Below, one piece after another: positions 43,031-55,909 of a DNA stretch of 64,000 nucleotides. The DNA lies in assembly GCF_037392515.1 (NCBI RefSeq), contig NC_090285.1, positions 70,781,515-70,845,514 of the forward strand, written 5' to 3'. Position numbers and translations under genes: made by a program. The notes under the pieces were generated by a model that saw nothing but the letters and a program-made list of their open reading frames with translations, ran no database searches and was not told the origin of the DNA. This DNA comes from Haliotis asinina. Lineage: Eukaryota. Each line of letters opens with the position of its first letter. Position 1 is the stretch's first letter.

Positions 43031-43933
43031 GTTTAAGTCCCATTTGTGACATCATCAAAATCCACAGCTGTGGGCCATTAAATCATTTCATAAAGCAAGC
43101 ACACAGCAGTTTTCCTATTTCCAAGCCCTGTCCTTCAGTCCTTAAACATACATCCTTGTGTGAACCTCTTGTATATAAATACTGACTTGGCCTATCATGT
43201 TTACAACATCCGTCTTTACAATTAACTTCCTTCCATGAAGATTCTCAGAGAAGTCAGATGCATTATTCTGATAGGAAACAGCTGAGGTTTGATTGTGGTC
43301 TTATATGTAAGCAACGAGATGTTAACCTACCTGCACCAGGTGCAACCTAAGTTATAAGAATAGGGTGCAACCTAAGTTATAAGAATAGTTGCACCAGACA
43401 AATTCCAGAGGCACTGCTTCTATTGGAATGTGTAATGAAAGAAATATGCTTTTGCATTATGTAGATGTTTTATTAAACGTTTACCCACTCAAAAACTGAT
43501 TTGCACTTTGTGGAAGTTAGACTAATAACCAGGTTGCACCAGTGCAAGTAACAAAGCACTAAATCCATATGAACCAAGTGTGTGCCTCGCAGGCAGAAGT
43601 CAACTTGAGCTCTCACAAACTTCCCCTGTTTCACCTATTTTTATCAAGTCCATGTCTATGAAAACTGCACAGCAGTTGGGTCATGTTCTGGAGAATCTTC
43701 CTATGATGTTTTTGAAGTCCAAGACTGTTGCAAAATGTTGACTTTGCTGATATTAACATTTTGCAATCTCATCTATATTGATACTACTGCAGTGGACAGC
43801 AATTGTTCATCAATCAGTGAGCCAAGCCCACATACCAGCAGGATCACTATGGGTGTTAGCCAACTCTCCTACAGCAGAAGCCAGCTGACTGACTGGCTCT
43901 CTTGAATCAAACACACAATGGATTCAGCCAGAG

Positions 43934-44719
43934 TTGTTACGTCACATAAGAAGTTTGAACATCAGTGAGATTAAACCCACAAATAGAGGCTGTAGAGGTG
44001 GCAAACGTAAACAAAAAGCATTATGGTCTGCTCGTGAGATTTCAAGTGAGTACCCTTATGATCATACATCACAACCGGTTAATGACAGGACATCACTTGA
44101 TAGTCTGAAGATAAGCGTATGGAATGCTCAGTCTGCTAGAAATAAAACTGTTGAAATTGCTGACTACATCATAGAATCAAACATTGACATTCTTTTCTTA
44201 ACTGAAACTTGGTTGTCAGTAATCGGAGATGAATCAAAATGCTCTGAGATCACACCAATTGGTTACAAACTTCACCATGTACACCGACTTAGTGGTAGAG
44301 GCGGAGGTATAGCTATGATATATAAGAAGGACATGGTTATCAGTTTCTCTAAACTGACTGATAGATTCGTTACTTTTGAGTACGTGGTGGCTGTCATCAG
44401 CTTTGGGAAAATGACATTGAAGACTGTCTGTCTATATAGACCCCCACCCTCAAAAGGAAATAATCTGAAAAACTCAGATTTTCATACAGAGTTTTCATCA
44501 CTGTGTGATTATTTAGATGGCAAGACTGGAACCTACCTAATTCTGGGAGACTTCAATGTCCAGTTTGACAAAAAAGAAAATAAACTGACAAAAAACGTGT
44601 GTGCAGTTCTTGACTCTCATGCCTTAAAGCAACATGTTGCTGAGCCCACACACAAATCTGGCCACGTTCTTGACTGGATACGTAGTACGTGGTGGCTGTC
44701 ATCAGCTTTGGGAAAATGA
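43934..44719 (+). CDS. LINE apurinic/apyrimidinic-type endonuclease (EEP) domain
   Basis: ISVWNAQSARNKTVEIADYIIESNIDILFLTETWL ... LILGDFNV. Confidence 0.8.
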   Translation: MLRHIRSLNISEIKPTNRGCRGGKRKQKALWSAREISSEYPYDHTSQPVNDRTSLDSLKISVWNAQSARNKTVEIADYIIESNIDILFLTETWLSVIGDESKCSEITPIGYKLHHVHRLSGRGGGIAMIYKKDMVISFSKLTDRFVTFEYVVAVISFGKMTLKTVCLYRPPPSKGNNLKNSDFHTEFSSLCDYLDGKTGTYLILGDFNVQFDKKENKLTKNVCAVLDSHALKQHVAEPTHKSGHVLDWIRSTWWLSSALGK

Positions 44720-45276
44720 CATTGAAGACTGTCTGTCTATATAGACCCCCACCCTCAAAAGGAAATAATCTGAAAAACTCAGATTATTCAGCATTTCATA
44801 AATGATCTGAAGGCATCAACACTCCTTCGTTGTCCTCCTGATGATGTTAATGAACAGGCAGCATTGTTTGATAAAACATTGCTTGACCTACTGAATAAGC
44901 ATGCACCAATCAAAATCAAACTAATTTGTCCTCAACATACAGCACCTTGGTACTGTTCAGAGGTCAGAAACACAAAGAGAAAGAGGCGTGCTGCGGAGTG
45001 ATGCTGGCGTAAGTCACGACTTGAAGTCCACCGCCAGATGTACAACTCTGCACGGAATGAAGTAAACAGATGTATCAGAAAGGCTAGATCAGATTACATC
45101 ATTCAAGAAATTAACACTAACAGTGATATTCCTAAGCTCTTGTTTTCCACGATTAACAAGTTGCTCGGCAAGAAGGCGGATGTCACTTTGCCACATGGTA
45201 CTGATACAACTCTGGCAACAACTTTAGTACGTATTTCTCAGAGAAAATATCAAAGATACGCCATGGTCTGGGGTCC

Positions 45277-46876
45277 GTGTGTGTTACTGGTTCTTATATA
45301 AACTACATGGGAACCAAATTTCCTTCTTTCACCCCAGTCTCGGAACTGCAATTAAAGAGACTAATGACTTCATCTAAACCAACATCTTACTCGCTAGACC
45401 CACTACCCACAAAATTCCTCTTTGGATTAGTGGACGTGCTTCTTCCCATGATAACAAAGATTGTACACACCAGCTTGGCCACTGGAAAGGTGCCATCATG
45501 CTTCAAAGAGGCAGTTATCAAGCCACAAATCAAGAAACCAGCTCTTGACACTCAGACCTTGAGCAACTACCACCCGGTATACAACCTGACATTCATGTCA
45601 AAGATTCTAGAAAAAGTTGTTAAAGCACAGCTCGTGGAACATCTTCAAAAGTCTAATCTGATGGACAACTATCAGTCCGCATATAGAGTGGCACACAGCA
45701 CTGAGACGGCTCTAAACTGTGTTATGAATAACATAAAAATGTCAGTTGATTCTGGAGACATTGCCATGTTTGTCCTGTTAGATTTATCATCCGCTTTCGA
45801 CACCATCGACCACGCAATGCTGCTGAGTCGTTTGGAACATGACTATGGCTTGAACGGCACTGTCCTGGAGTGGTGTTCATCATACCTTACAGATAGGAAA
45901 CAGTTTGTCCAAATAAATAAAGCTATGTCCTGCCTGTGGTGTCCCTCAAGGGTCCGTGCTAGGTCCGATCCTTTTCACCATGTACACAAGACCTCTGGGA
46001 CACTTGATATCAGAGAAGCATGTGGCTCATCATTTCTATGCCGATGACTCGCAGCTGGTAGACAGTTTCAGACCCATCTTAGCAAGTCAGATGGAATCTT
46101 TGCATAACATGGAAAGTTGTCTCAACATTGTCAAATCCTGGATGTCAACCAACCTGCTTAAATCAAATGACGAAAAGACAGAGGCCATCATCATCGCTCC
46201 ACCTTCTAGACAGCAAAAATCCCGGCTAACCCACTTGCAAATTGGACAGTCTCTCGTACCTTTCTCGCCTCATGTAAAAAATCTTATTGACTCTTCTCTT
46301 ACTACGGATAAGCAAGTGGACCATCTCTGCGAAGTATGTCACTTTCATTTGAGAAACATAGGATCAATCCGTCATCTTCTTACAGCTGAAACCACAGCCA
46401 CTCTGGCTGGATCACTCATACTTTCTCGTCTGGATTACTGTAACAGCTTACTCATGGGAATATCAGGAGATCAGCTGAACAGACTGCAGAGGATACAGAA
46501 CAGGGCTGCCCGTATAATAACCAGGACTAAGCTCCATTCTCACATCTCCCCTGCTCTAAAGTCACTGCACTGGCTCAGGATCCGTGAAAGGATTGACTTT
46601 AAGATCCTTTCTTTAGTCTACATGTCTTTACAAAACACTGCCCCTGTCTATCTTCAGGACATGTTTGCCCACTACAAGCCCTCTAGAAATCTCCGATCAG
46701 CTGACCAACTGCTCTTGACTGAACCAGTATATAAACTGAAATCTATTGGGGCTCGATCCTTCTCACATGCAGCTGCCTCATTATGGAACTCTCTCCCATT
46801 TAACCTCAAGAGTGCACCTACGCTATCTTTGTTTAAATCTGGACTAAAAACGTATCTCTTCCAACGCTACCACTAA
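45277..46876 (+). CDS. LINE reverse transcriptase (two overlapping frames)
   Basis: FVLLDLSSAFDTIDHAMLLSRL, GVPQGSVLGPILFTMY (shifted frame), HFYADDSQL, LLKSNDEKTEAIII. Confidence 0.85.
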
Positions 46877-47140
46877 CTGTATCCACTGTTGTCCGCCCTG
46901 TGCATATGCAAAGATGTCATACGCGCTTTGAGCATGTCCCTCAGTGATGTGGAACACTAGCGCTTTGTAAATACCCTTACTATTATTATTATGTTTTACA
47001 GATTGAGATAGAAATGCAGCAGAGAGGGTTCGGCTGATCCTGGCACAGTCAGGCTGGTCAAGCTCATCATCAGCTCAGGGCCCTCGCCCCCTCTACACGC
47101 AGCCCAGACAGCGAATGGGACTTCTCCCAGGAAACACTGC

Positions 47141-47407
47141 CTAGTCGAACCCACCAAGAACTTTCCGGAGAATATGGAGGCTCCCCAACACTGCAGCCTT
47201 CTGCATTACCCAGATTGTCAGAAGGGCTGTGCTCCCAGTGGAGAACCCGGGCACTCTCCTCATCTGTGCCAAGAGATCAGGAGGTACCAAACCAAGGGTA
47301 CCGAGAACAATGGGGAGCCTGACGACAGTGTACTTGGGATGCAAGCGAGACATTTCAAAGGCGAGGTCCGCATATTTATCATGCTTTTCCTGAATCTTGC
47401 CAATCAC
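47141..47407 (-). mobile_element. Retroelement ORF C-terminal fragment (non-LTR-like)
   Basis: VVRLPIVLGTLGLVPPDLLAQMRRV...AAVLGSLHILRKVLG, the conserved tail seen in many invertebrate retroelement ORFs. Confidence 0.3.
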
Positions 47408-47499
47408 ATTGCTGTCAATTAAATCGAGACCTGGTATGTTAATGAGTGAACATGGCTACAGTATTATGCAGCTGAACAAATCAAGATTATCTCCATGAA

Positions 47500-48470
47500 A
47501 ACGTTATATTACAAAAGCCACAAAAAATCCTTCAATTCTACAGATTTTTTTAGCTGACCAACCCTGATAGTGATAATGAACAAGAGTCATCAGAAGATGA
47601 CATATCCCCCCGGCCCCTACATATTTGAAAGGACAAATCATCCAACAATTACTTATTGCGTTTTTAGACCAAGTCTGAATTGTTTCCATGGAATTCATGA
47701 AAAATATAAATGCCATATATCTGTAATCAGAAAAAGTCACCATTTCAAGATCTGTCTCACATATCTGCCAAGATCTTTTGAAAGATATGAAATGGTTTTC
47801 GAGTTGTGCTCTGGAAACGAAGTCAGAAATGTGTTCATGGAACCGAGAAAATAATACATCATAAAAACGTGTAAATAGCAAAAGGAATCACTTTTGGGGT
47901 CTGCCACACATATCTACCAAGTAACACTGACAGTTTTTGAGTTCTGCTCCGGAAACAGAACACACCTCTCACTTTTGAGAATAAGTCCATAATGCTTCCA
48001 TGGAAACCGATAAAACAATAAATCACAAAAACCTGTAAGTAGCAAAAGGCACCACTTTAGCTTCCAGTTGATATATCTATCAAGTTCTGTAGAAAAATAT
48101 TGAACAGGTTTTGAGTTCTGCTCCGGAAACGAAGCACATCCCTTCATTTTGAGACTAAGTCCGAAATGTTTCCATGGAAACAGAGAAAATAATAAATCAC
48201 AAAAACCTGTAAATACCAAAAGGCACCACTTTGGGGCCTGCCACACACACCTACCAAGTTTTGCTGAAAAATATTGAACGGTTTTTGAGTTCTGCTCTGG
48301 AAACGAAGCCCGCCATTAGACTAACACCAAAATGTTCCATGGAAAAACAAAAAAAATATAAATGCCAAAACTCTGTAAATAGCAAAAGGCATAACTATAG
48401 GTTGAGATTATTACATCTATCAAGTTTGGTCTAAAAATATTGAACGGTTACTGAGTTATGCACCGGAAGC
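47500..48470. repeat. ~165-bp satellite array (~6 units); family shared with 1-400 and 51680-52560
   Basis: ...ccatggaaac(a/c)gagaaaataataaatcacaaaaacctgtaaata(c/g)caaaaggcaccactttggggcctgccacacac... Confidence 0.8.
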
Positions 48471-48609
48471 AAAATGATTACGGACGGACGGATGGTCCGA
48501 CGGACAGACGAGGTGTCGACTAAAAGGTGGTGGTGACCAGGTGTCGGATAAAAAGCTTCAAGCTTTAGTTTGCTGTGGTACATGTGGAATGCATGTTATC
48601 ATTCTTCAC

Positions 48610-48840
48610 TTAATCATTGAGGCAGAATGGTGTGTCAGGAAACATTGTAACCATCCAGATGAATGGTGTGTCAGGTAACATTGTAACCATCCAGATGAAT
48701 GGTGTGTCAGGTAACATTGTAACCATCCAGATGAATGGTGTTTCAGGTAACATTGTAACTATCCAGATGAATGGTGTTTCAGGTAACACTGTAACCATCC
48801 AGATGAATGGTGTGTCAGGTAACACTCTCACCATCTGGAT
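48610..48840. repeat. 33-bp minisatellite, 7 copies
   Basis: gaatggtgtgtcaggtaacattgtaaccatccagat repeated. Confidence 0.9.
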
Positions 48841-49209
48841 GAATGGTCATGTAAACATGGGCTATACTGGAGACTGGTCAAGGGTATATATTTCAACAAA
48901 AACAAACACTGACTGCTCCTGTACATGCTGTGAATTTATCTGGTGCAGTAGGTTGTAGACTTCTTCCGTGAACACTGACTGCCTGGCAAAGAGATGTCAC
49001 ATGTTAGTATGTTCCTTGTCTGATTTGTGTGAGAGTCTCCTTGAGAGATCAGGAAAAGACAGAAACTGGTCTGATAACCACCTTCATAACTCACCACACC
49101 GAGATAACTGTACCAAAACAATTCAACTGAGTGAGTGACAATATAGACCAACAGAGTAAAAATCTTATCAAGTGAAAGTAAGGTGAGTGAGGGATTGTGT
49201 GAACAGATG

Positions 49210-49870
49210 AATGACATAATGTCTGCTACAAGTCAGTCTCCATACTGACAAGGGTGTTAGAGTGTCTGCTACAAGTCAGTCTCCATACTGACATGGATGA
49301 GAGAGTGAGTGTCTGCGACAAGTCAGTCTCTATTCTGACAAGGGTGAGAGAGTGAGCGTCTGCTACAAGTCAGTCTCCATACTGGCATGGATGAGAGAGT
49401 GTCTGCTACAAGTCAGTCTCCATAGTGACAAGAGTGAGAGAGTGAGTGTCTGCTACAAGTCAGTCTCCATACTGACATGGATGAGAGAGTGAGTGTCTGC
49501 TACAAGTCAGTCTCCATACTGACATGGATGAGAGAGTGAGTGTCTGCTACAACCCAGTCTCCATACTGACATGGATGAGAGAGTGTCTGCTACAAGTCAG
49601 TCTCCATACTGACATGGATGAGAGAGTGAGTGTCTGCTACAACTCATGGCCAGTCTCCATTCTGACAAGGGTGAGTGAGTGAGTGTCTGCTACAACTCAT
49701 GGCCAGTCTCCATTCTGACAAGGGTGAGTGAGTGAGTGTCTGCTACAACTCATGGCCAGTCTCCATTCTGACAAGGGTGAATGAGTGAGTGTCTGCTACA
49801 ACTCATGGCCAGTCTCCATTCTGACAAGGGTGAGTGAGTGAGTGTCTGCTACAACCCAGTCTCCATACTG
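49210..49870. repeat. ~60-bp minisatellite, ~11 copies
   Basis: gtctgctacaagtcagtctccatactgacatggatgagagagtgagt with variants. Confidence 0.9.
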
Positions 49871-50410
49871 ACATTGATGAGTGAGTAAATATGTGATACA
49901 GCACTCTCTCATTACCGTAAAACACCAGCTCAGCTGAATAAAAGCACATGTATTGCTGTACACGATAGTATGGCATGATATAGGAAATATTGTCCATTTG
50001 AGCACTCCATGCACATTCACAACATATATTGTTGTTGATTTTCAGATGAAACTGGCAACTATATCTCTCTCTATTTTGTTTAAATCAGACTGAAGGTAAA
50101 AACTGCCTTATCATATGAAGAGACAACCCCAGATCCCCACCCAGACCCCAAAAGAAAGGCTTGTAGATTTAGCAATGTCATTTTATCATTCAGCTTGTCA
50201 CATTCTGTGTTTGCTTGAGATATTGACACACTTATGAACAGCCTGTAAAAGCAAGGGCTGATTAGGGTTTTGTTGTTGTGTATGACTAGTTTACATCCTC
50301 GACCTTCCCTCTCGTCACATCCTGGCAGTCAGTGGGAGATACACTTCCTTGTTTCTGGACTGCAGTGTGTTTCTGTGGCCAACACAGTCAAACTGTCACC
50401 AACGAACACC

Positions 50411-50462
50411 ATGGCGGCCAACACTCTCTATGTTGTCCTGGCTCTCTGCTCTCTGGGTCATG
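50411..50462 (+). CDS. Exon 1 of a novel type-I membrane protein gene: start codon plus signal peptide
   Basis: accATGG Kozak context. MAANTLYVVLALCSLGH then G|gtaagt donor (phase 1). Confidence 0.6.
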
Positions 50463-50721
50463 GTAAGTCTCAGTCATGTCCCATCTCCTGGATCTGTCTT
50501 ACGCTTGTCCCATCTCCTGCTGCTGTCTCACACGTCCTATCTCCTGGTGCTGTCTCACACTCAGTAATGTCCTGTCTCCCAGTGCTGCCTTACACTTGCG
50601 TCATCTCCTGGTGTAGTGCTGTGTCACACGTCATATCTCCTGCTGCTGTCTTACACTTGTCCCCATCTCCTGCTGCTGTCTTACACTTGTCCCCATCATC
50701 GTTTGGCTTCAGGGATGGTAG

Positions 50722-50885
50722 GGTAGTCTAGTAGTTAGAGTTCATTCATCATGCCAAAGACCAGGGTTTGATAACCCACATGGGTACAATGTGTGAAGCC
50801 TATTTCTGGTGACCCATGCTGTGATATTGCTAAAAGCAGCATAAAACTAAACTCACTCTTTCTTCACATGGTGCTATCACACACT
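50722..50885 (+). mobile_element. tRNA-derived SINE copy
   Basis: gggatggtagggtagtctagtagttagagttcattcatcatgccaaagacc...gtgtgaagcctatttctggtgacccatgctgtgatattgctaaaagcagcataaaactaaactcactc. Confidence 0.7.
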
Positions 50886-50999
50886 TCAAGGCAGCCACCG
50901 TGAATTTGCTTTCTCAAATGTTCCTGGTTGCGTACAAATACAGGAGACATTTGTACTCCTTGCCGAACACAATGTGATCAAATCAATCTGTGGGAGTAT

Positions 51000-51410
51000 T
51001 TACAATATCACCTGTCAATCCATTTCAATAGGAACAATTACACCTGTCAATTTAATTCAACAGGAACAATAACACTTTACAATCCATTTCAACAGGAACA
51101 AAAAAACCCAAAACACTTGTCAGTTCATTCAACAGGAGCAATAACACCTGCCAATCCATTTCAACAGGAACAAAAAACAAACACTTGTCAGTTCATTCAA
51201 CAGAAGCAATAACACCTGCCAATCCATTCAAACACCTGTCAGTTCATTCAACAGGAGCAATAACACCTGCCAATCCATTTCAACAGGAACAAAAAACAAA
51301 CACCTGTCAGTTCATTCAACAGGAGCAATAACACCTGCCAATCCATTTCAACATGAACAAAAACAAACACCTGTCAGTTCATTCAACAGGAGCAATAACA
51401 CCTGCAAATC
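51000..51410. repeat. ~60-bp minisatellite, ~6 copies
   Basis: cacctgtcagttcattcaacaggagcaataacacctgccaatccatttcaacaggaacaaaaaacaaa repeated. Confidence 0.85.
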
Positions 51411-51424
51411 CATTTCAACAAGAA

Positions 51425-51600
51425 ATTGGGTGGTGGGGAAGTCTAGTGGTTAAGCGTTTGCTCGTCATGCCGAAGACCTGCATTCTGTTTCCCACATAGG
51501 CAAAATGTGTGAAGCCCATTTCTGGTGTCCTCCACCATGATATGTCTGGAATATTGCTGAACACGGCATAAATGTAAACTCACTCCCTTACTCAGTAGGA
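51425..51600 (+). mobile_element. tRNA-derived SINE copy
   Basis: gggtggtggggaagtctagtggttaagcgtttgctcgtcatgccgaagacc...gtgtgaagcccatttctggtgtcctccaccatgatatgtctggaatattgctgaacacggcataaatgtaaactcactccc. Confidence 0.75.
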
Positions 51601-51679
51601 ACAATAACACCTGTCAATCCATGAGAACAAGAGAACAAAGACATTAATGTACCCACCACAATGGCAAAATATTCTTCAT

Positions 51680-52560
51680 AAATATGTCTACAAGTTGTAA
51701 TTATGTCAAATGTTTTGGCATGTGTATAGCAAAGTGGAAGGACAGTACTGAAAGATTTTTAAATTCTGCTCCTGAAAAGAGCAATATCAGAAGCCAACCT
51801 TATTGTCATGGAGACATAAAAACTATTTTAGTCAGAATTAACTACCAAAAGGCACCAGTTCACCACTAGATATGCATATGTATGAAATTTTAAAGTTCTG
51901 CTCGAGAAAAAAGCTGTATCACCAATTTGAGTAAGAGGCAAACTTGTTGCAATCGAAACTCCCAAAAATATTTTATTCAGAAATCCAAAACTACCAAAAG
52001 GCACCAGTAGATCACCAAATCTATCTATGTGCAAAGTTTGGTGAAAAAACATTGAACAGTTTTAGATTTCTGCTCCAGAATAGAGTACTGCCATCAATTT
52101 CAAACCATGAAAAAAAACCCAACCAATTTTATTCAGAAATCCAAAACAACGGAAAGGCACCTGGTCACCACTAGACCTACCTATGTATGAAATTTGGTGA
52201 TGAAACAGTAAACAATTTTTAAGTTCTGTTCCAGAAGAGAGAAAAACTACTACCAATTTCGGTCTAAGTCTAACTTGTTGCCATGGAAATGCCAAATATA
52301 TTTTAATCAGAAATCCACCAACTAGCAAAAGGCACCAGTAGACCATGACAGATCTATATATGTGCCAAGTTTGGTGAAGAAATATTGCATGGTTTTAAAA
52401 TTCTGCCCAGGAAAAAAACACTACCACCAATATCAGTTTAAGTCAAACTTGTTGCCATTAGAAACACAAAAAACCATTTTACTCATAAATTTAATACTTC
52501 CAAAAGAAACCAGTAGACAACCACATCTACCTATGTGCCACGAGTTTGGTGAAGAAACAT
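51680..52560. repeat. ~170-bp tandem units related to the 47500-48470 satellite (~5 copies)
   Basis: ...aaactaccaaaaggcaccagtagatcacc...tatgtgc(a/c)aagtttggtgaa(a/g)aaa(c/t)attg(a/c)a...tt(t/a)a(g/a)atttctgc(t/c)c(c/a)... Confidence 0.7.
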
Positions 52561-52699
52561 GAACAGTTTGAAAGCTAAGCTCCTGAAAAGACAAAATTGC
52601 ATGGACGCATGAACAAATGGATGAACGGAGTCCATTTTAATACCCCCCAGCAAAACGCAATCCATTTCACTAGGTACAATAACACCTGTCTATCCATGA

Positions 52700-52870
52700 A
52701 TGTAGGAACATTAATGTGGCATGGTGGTGAGCTGTCTAAGGTGACAAGACGTGTGATCCAGTGAGTTTGAGGTGCTGGGTTCGAGCCTACCTGTGATCAG
52801 GTGTAAAAACCTTGGAGTCAACTTTGTGTGCAGGCTCTTTCTGCGTTGTCACAATCCCTAGTGTGCATTT
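52700..52870 (+). mobile_element. tRNA-like SINE of a second family (B-box GGTTCGAGCC)
   Basis: gtggcatggtggtgagctgtctaaggtgacaagacgtgtgatccagtgagtttgaggtgctgggttcgagcctacctgtg. Confidence 0.5.
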
Positions 52871-52904
52871 ACCCTGTAGCGCTTTAAAGAATTCTCGAAT
52901 CCAT

Positions 52905-53020
52905 TGGTAAATGGCCAGACAGTGGCCACATGTGGCAGGGGCAGCAGAAATGGGCTTTACACTTTGTACCCATGTGTCAAATCAAACTTGGGCCTTTGGC
53001 GTGACAAGCGAACACTCAAA
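52905..53020 (-). mobile_element. SINE copy (first family, reverse orientation)
   Basis: cagaaatgggctttacactttgtacccatgtgtcaaatcaaacttgggcctttggcgtgacaagcgaacactc is the reverse complement of the SINE head and core. Confidence 0.6.
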
Positions 53021-54824
53021 TGTCACATGCAACGTAAAACACAACTTTGCAGATTCTGGTACCTTTCGGTATTCACTTACCGAAACAAATCATAAAAATG
53101 CCAATTCAACCTATAAAGTTGAAAAAAAAACGCGATGAAAAAAAAGCCCACAAAATTGGAGTTCAAACGTTTCACTAAATTCCCCCCAGCGCTGGGGGGA
53201 AAACTGGTTTCAACAGCTGTGCTCCGCTGCGCCCAGAACGCATGCCCAGTGAATAGGTTCGCGGAGCTTGAAACAGTATGCATGCCCAGCGTCTGAGGTC
53301 GTGAGCAGTAGTCTAAACTTGGTTGTGTACACAAACAAGTAAATAATCTACTTGTTACGTAAAAAAACTTGTTGATTGTGGTAAGCAGTCTCTGTCACAG
53401 AGAAAGCTCAGTGTCTGGTTTATTCACACCTATGTGTCTGTCTGCCTGTCTGCTAAAGACAACATGCAATCCACAGCTTCAATCATTGACCACTTGCAAT
53501 TTGAACTTAACACCTATCAGACTATACGACATAAAGAAAATAAGTTGATTAATGACTCGTGCACTCAAGTCCTGTGTCTGTCATATTATGTAGGCACGTG
53601 TGATACACATGGCATGTTTTATGTCTGTGGGTTGCAAACAAACTACATTCATTTTTTTCGGATGACTGGATCTGAGGGAAACTGGTACTGATTGGATCGA
53701 GCGCAAATTAAGAGAACATGTATTTTCCAAACCCAACATCTCTATATACATTCTTCATGTGTAACGACTTCTTTTAGTGTATATGATTTTGTTTGACAAC
53801 AGTATATGAATCCATACTGAAAGGAGGCATCAAGTACACAAAAGAAGTTGTTATCCATAAAGAATCTTACTTTCTTATAACTGACTATACTTCTAAAATG
53901 CCCATCAAACAGATCATCTTTCTGTACACACAATGAACCCTCAGCATATCAGCAAATGAAACAGCCAATCGGAAGCCGTCGTTACACTTGAGTGCATATC
54001 CACCCGCTATGACGGGGGAAGTGAGCCCAAGTACAAAATATTGCACGTTTTAATCACGATTGTATGCTTATAATTTTGTTTATTTGTTTTTTTTTAAAAG
54101 AAGCAATGTATATTATATGTCATGAATAAGTGATAAATGTGTTTTATTTATGTTTGATTTTTTGGTTGCATGTGACCTTTAACCACTAGGCTACCCAACA
54201 TGCAAACATTTAGTTGTGGCTACAGCAACGTGCAGTAAACACAGACAAAGTGGTGTGACTATGTATCCCAGGCCTTTCGGCTCTGAATGGGTACCTGATA
54301 GGAACGGGAAAGCCACATTAACTCCGTGTGCCTAGTGGCTGCAAGAGTTGTTCGTTCCCCTGGGAGATGAGAGACTGACATCCAATTATCAAGGGTGAAA
54401 AACAAAGGGCCTTTGCACAGCTGGATATTGATAATATACAAATGTTAGCATGATAATAACAACAACTGTCAATCCATGTAAGTACGTTCAATAACACTTA
54501 CTAATCCATGTCTATAGGAATAATAGAAACAATAAAAACATATTCCACATTCATAAGAAATCTGGAATAACACTTCAGTCTATGTCAGTCACACAAATAG
54601 AAACTGCCATTAAAGCCATGGCGATAGGTGCCTTCCCCTCACTTCCTTGCACAGAACCTTGTACAAGTAAGGTATACACCCCATGAAATATCTCTCCCTC
54701 AGTATGAACTACAGCACAACACCCCTTGACACAGGTCACAAATACAGGTCTAGAAATGATCAAATACTTCATTTGATAAATACATAGTGTCCTGTAATTA
54801 ATTCTGTATTTCTTCGTATACCAG

Positions 54825-55268
54825 GTTCTGTTCTGATTCCGATGTGTTCCCACCTGGAGACCAACTGCTCCAACTTCCCTGTTACGTTGTACATGAATGG
54901 TGAAGATAATTCAAGTTCTCCTGTTTGCTCGTGTGAAGTTCAATCAGACAGTCACTTCTACATCACATTAAAGAGGTTCAGACAAACCAGCCTGGGAACT
55001 GGAAGCTTCATCATCCACATGGCAGCTACCACTATGTCCAACATGACAAATACAAGCAATACCGTCATGACATATGGTCTAGACCTGTTTACAATGCACA
55101 ATGATCTGGGTGGATCTGACTGTTTGCTACAGGTGGGAGACAACACAAAAGGCCTCCCAACACAAACCTGCTGGTTCAGGAACAGGTCATCTGAAGGTGG
55201 TGTCACCCTGCAGACCCCTAACAACCTGTCACATGACGGCTATCTCTATCTCAGCGTGTATGGTGAAG
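54825..55268 (+). CDS. Exon 2: extracellular domain (~148 aa, 8 Cys, about 6 N-glycosylation sequons)
   Basis: Acceptor tataccag|GT restores the frame (G+GT=Gly). GSVLIPMCSHLETNCSNFPV...NTSNTV...CWFRNRSSEGG...YLYLSVYGE. Donor GAAG|gtaaaa (phase 1). Confidence 0.6.
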
Positions 55269-55909
55269 GTAAAATCCTGTTATCTTCCACACTGAAACTA
55301 CCTATACTACTAGGGCACACTGGAGGACAGGCCCCTGTCAGGATGTTCATCAGTGAGTGTGGATTCACACCACATATATAAACCCCAAGTGTGCCTCTCA
55401 CTATATATTAGGTGATCTCTTTTTTTCCAAGAGTAACTGCATTTGAGGTTTTTGTTTTAAATGGACAGGTTTAACTTTTTGCTAGAAAGACCTCTTCCAA
55501 GGTTTTACTTTTCCTAACTTTACATGAACATCACCATTCAAATGATATGAGTGTATGAAATCAGTTGAAAAATATCATGCAGATAAAAGCTCAACGTGCA
55601 AATGTTTTCGGTAGCACGATTGAACTGAAACTCTCAGATTTGTAGGCTAACACTCTACCACAAAGCCACATGACCAATGAAGGAAGTGGGGTTGAATTAT
55701 CTATTTATAGCCACTGTCATTAAATCGGCTTTATGTGCCCTTCAGTTATTGTTATGTAGCTTAATTAAATGTTCATCTACATTGTAATTATCCATCACTG
55801 AGAGAAACACTTCTCCTTGGTTTTGGTAGACAATGTAAGACCATCAGGTCAGGAAATCCCTTTGATTTTACATTGTCTACCAAAATCTTGGAGGCATGTT
55901 TCCTCCTAT

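Larger units (their letters stand above)
43900..46990 (+). mobile_element. Non-LTR retrotransposon (APE endonuclease + RT; RTE/CR1-like), near full length but frameshifted
   Basis: EN ORF 43934-44719, RT ORFs 45277-46876. Internal ~95-bp duplication (44381-44476 / 44684-44780). Short ATT-rich 3' tail near 46975-46990. Confidence 0.8.
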
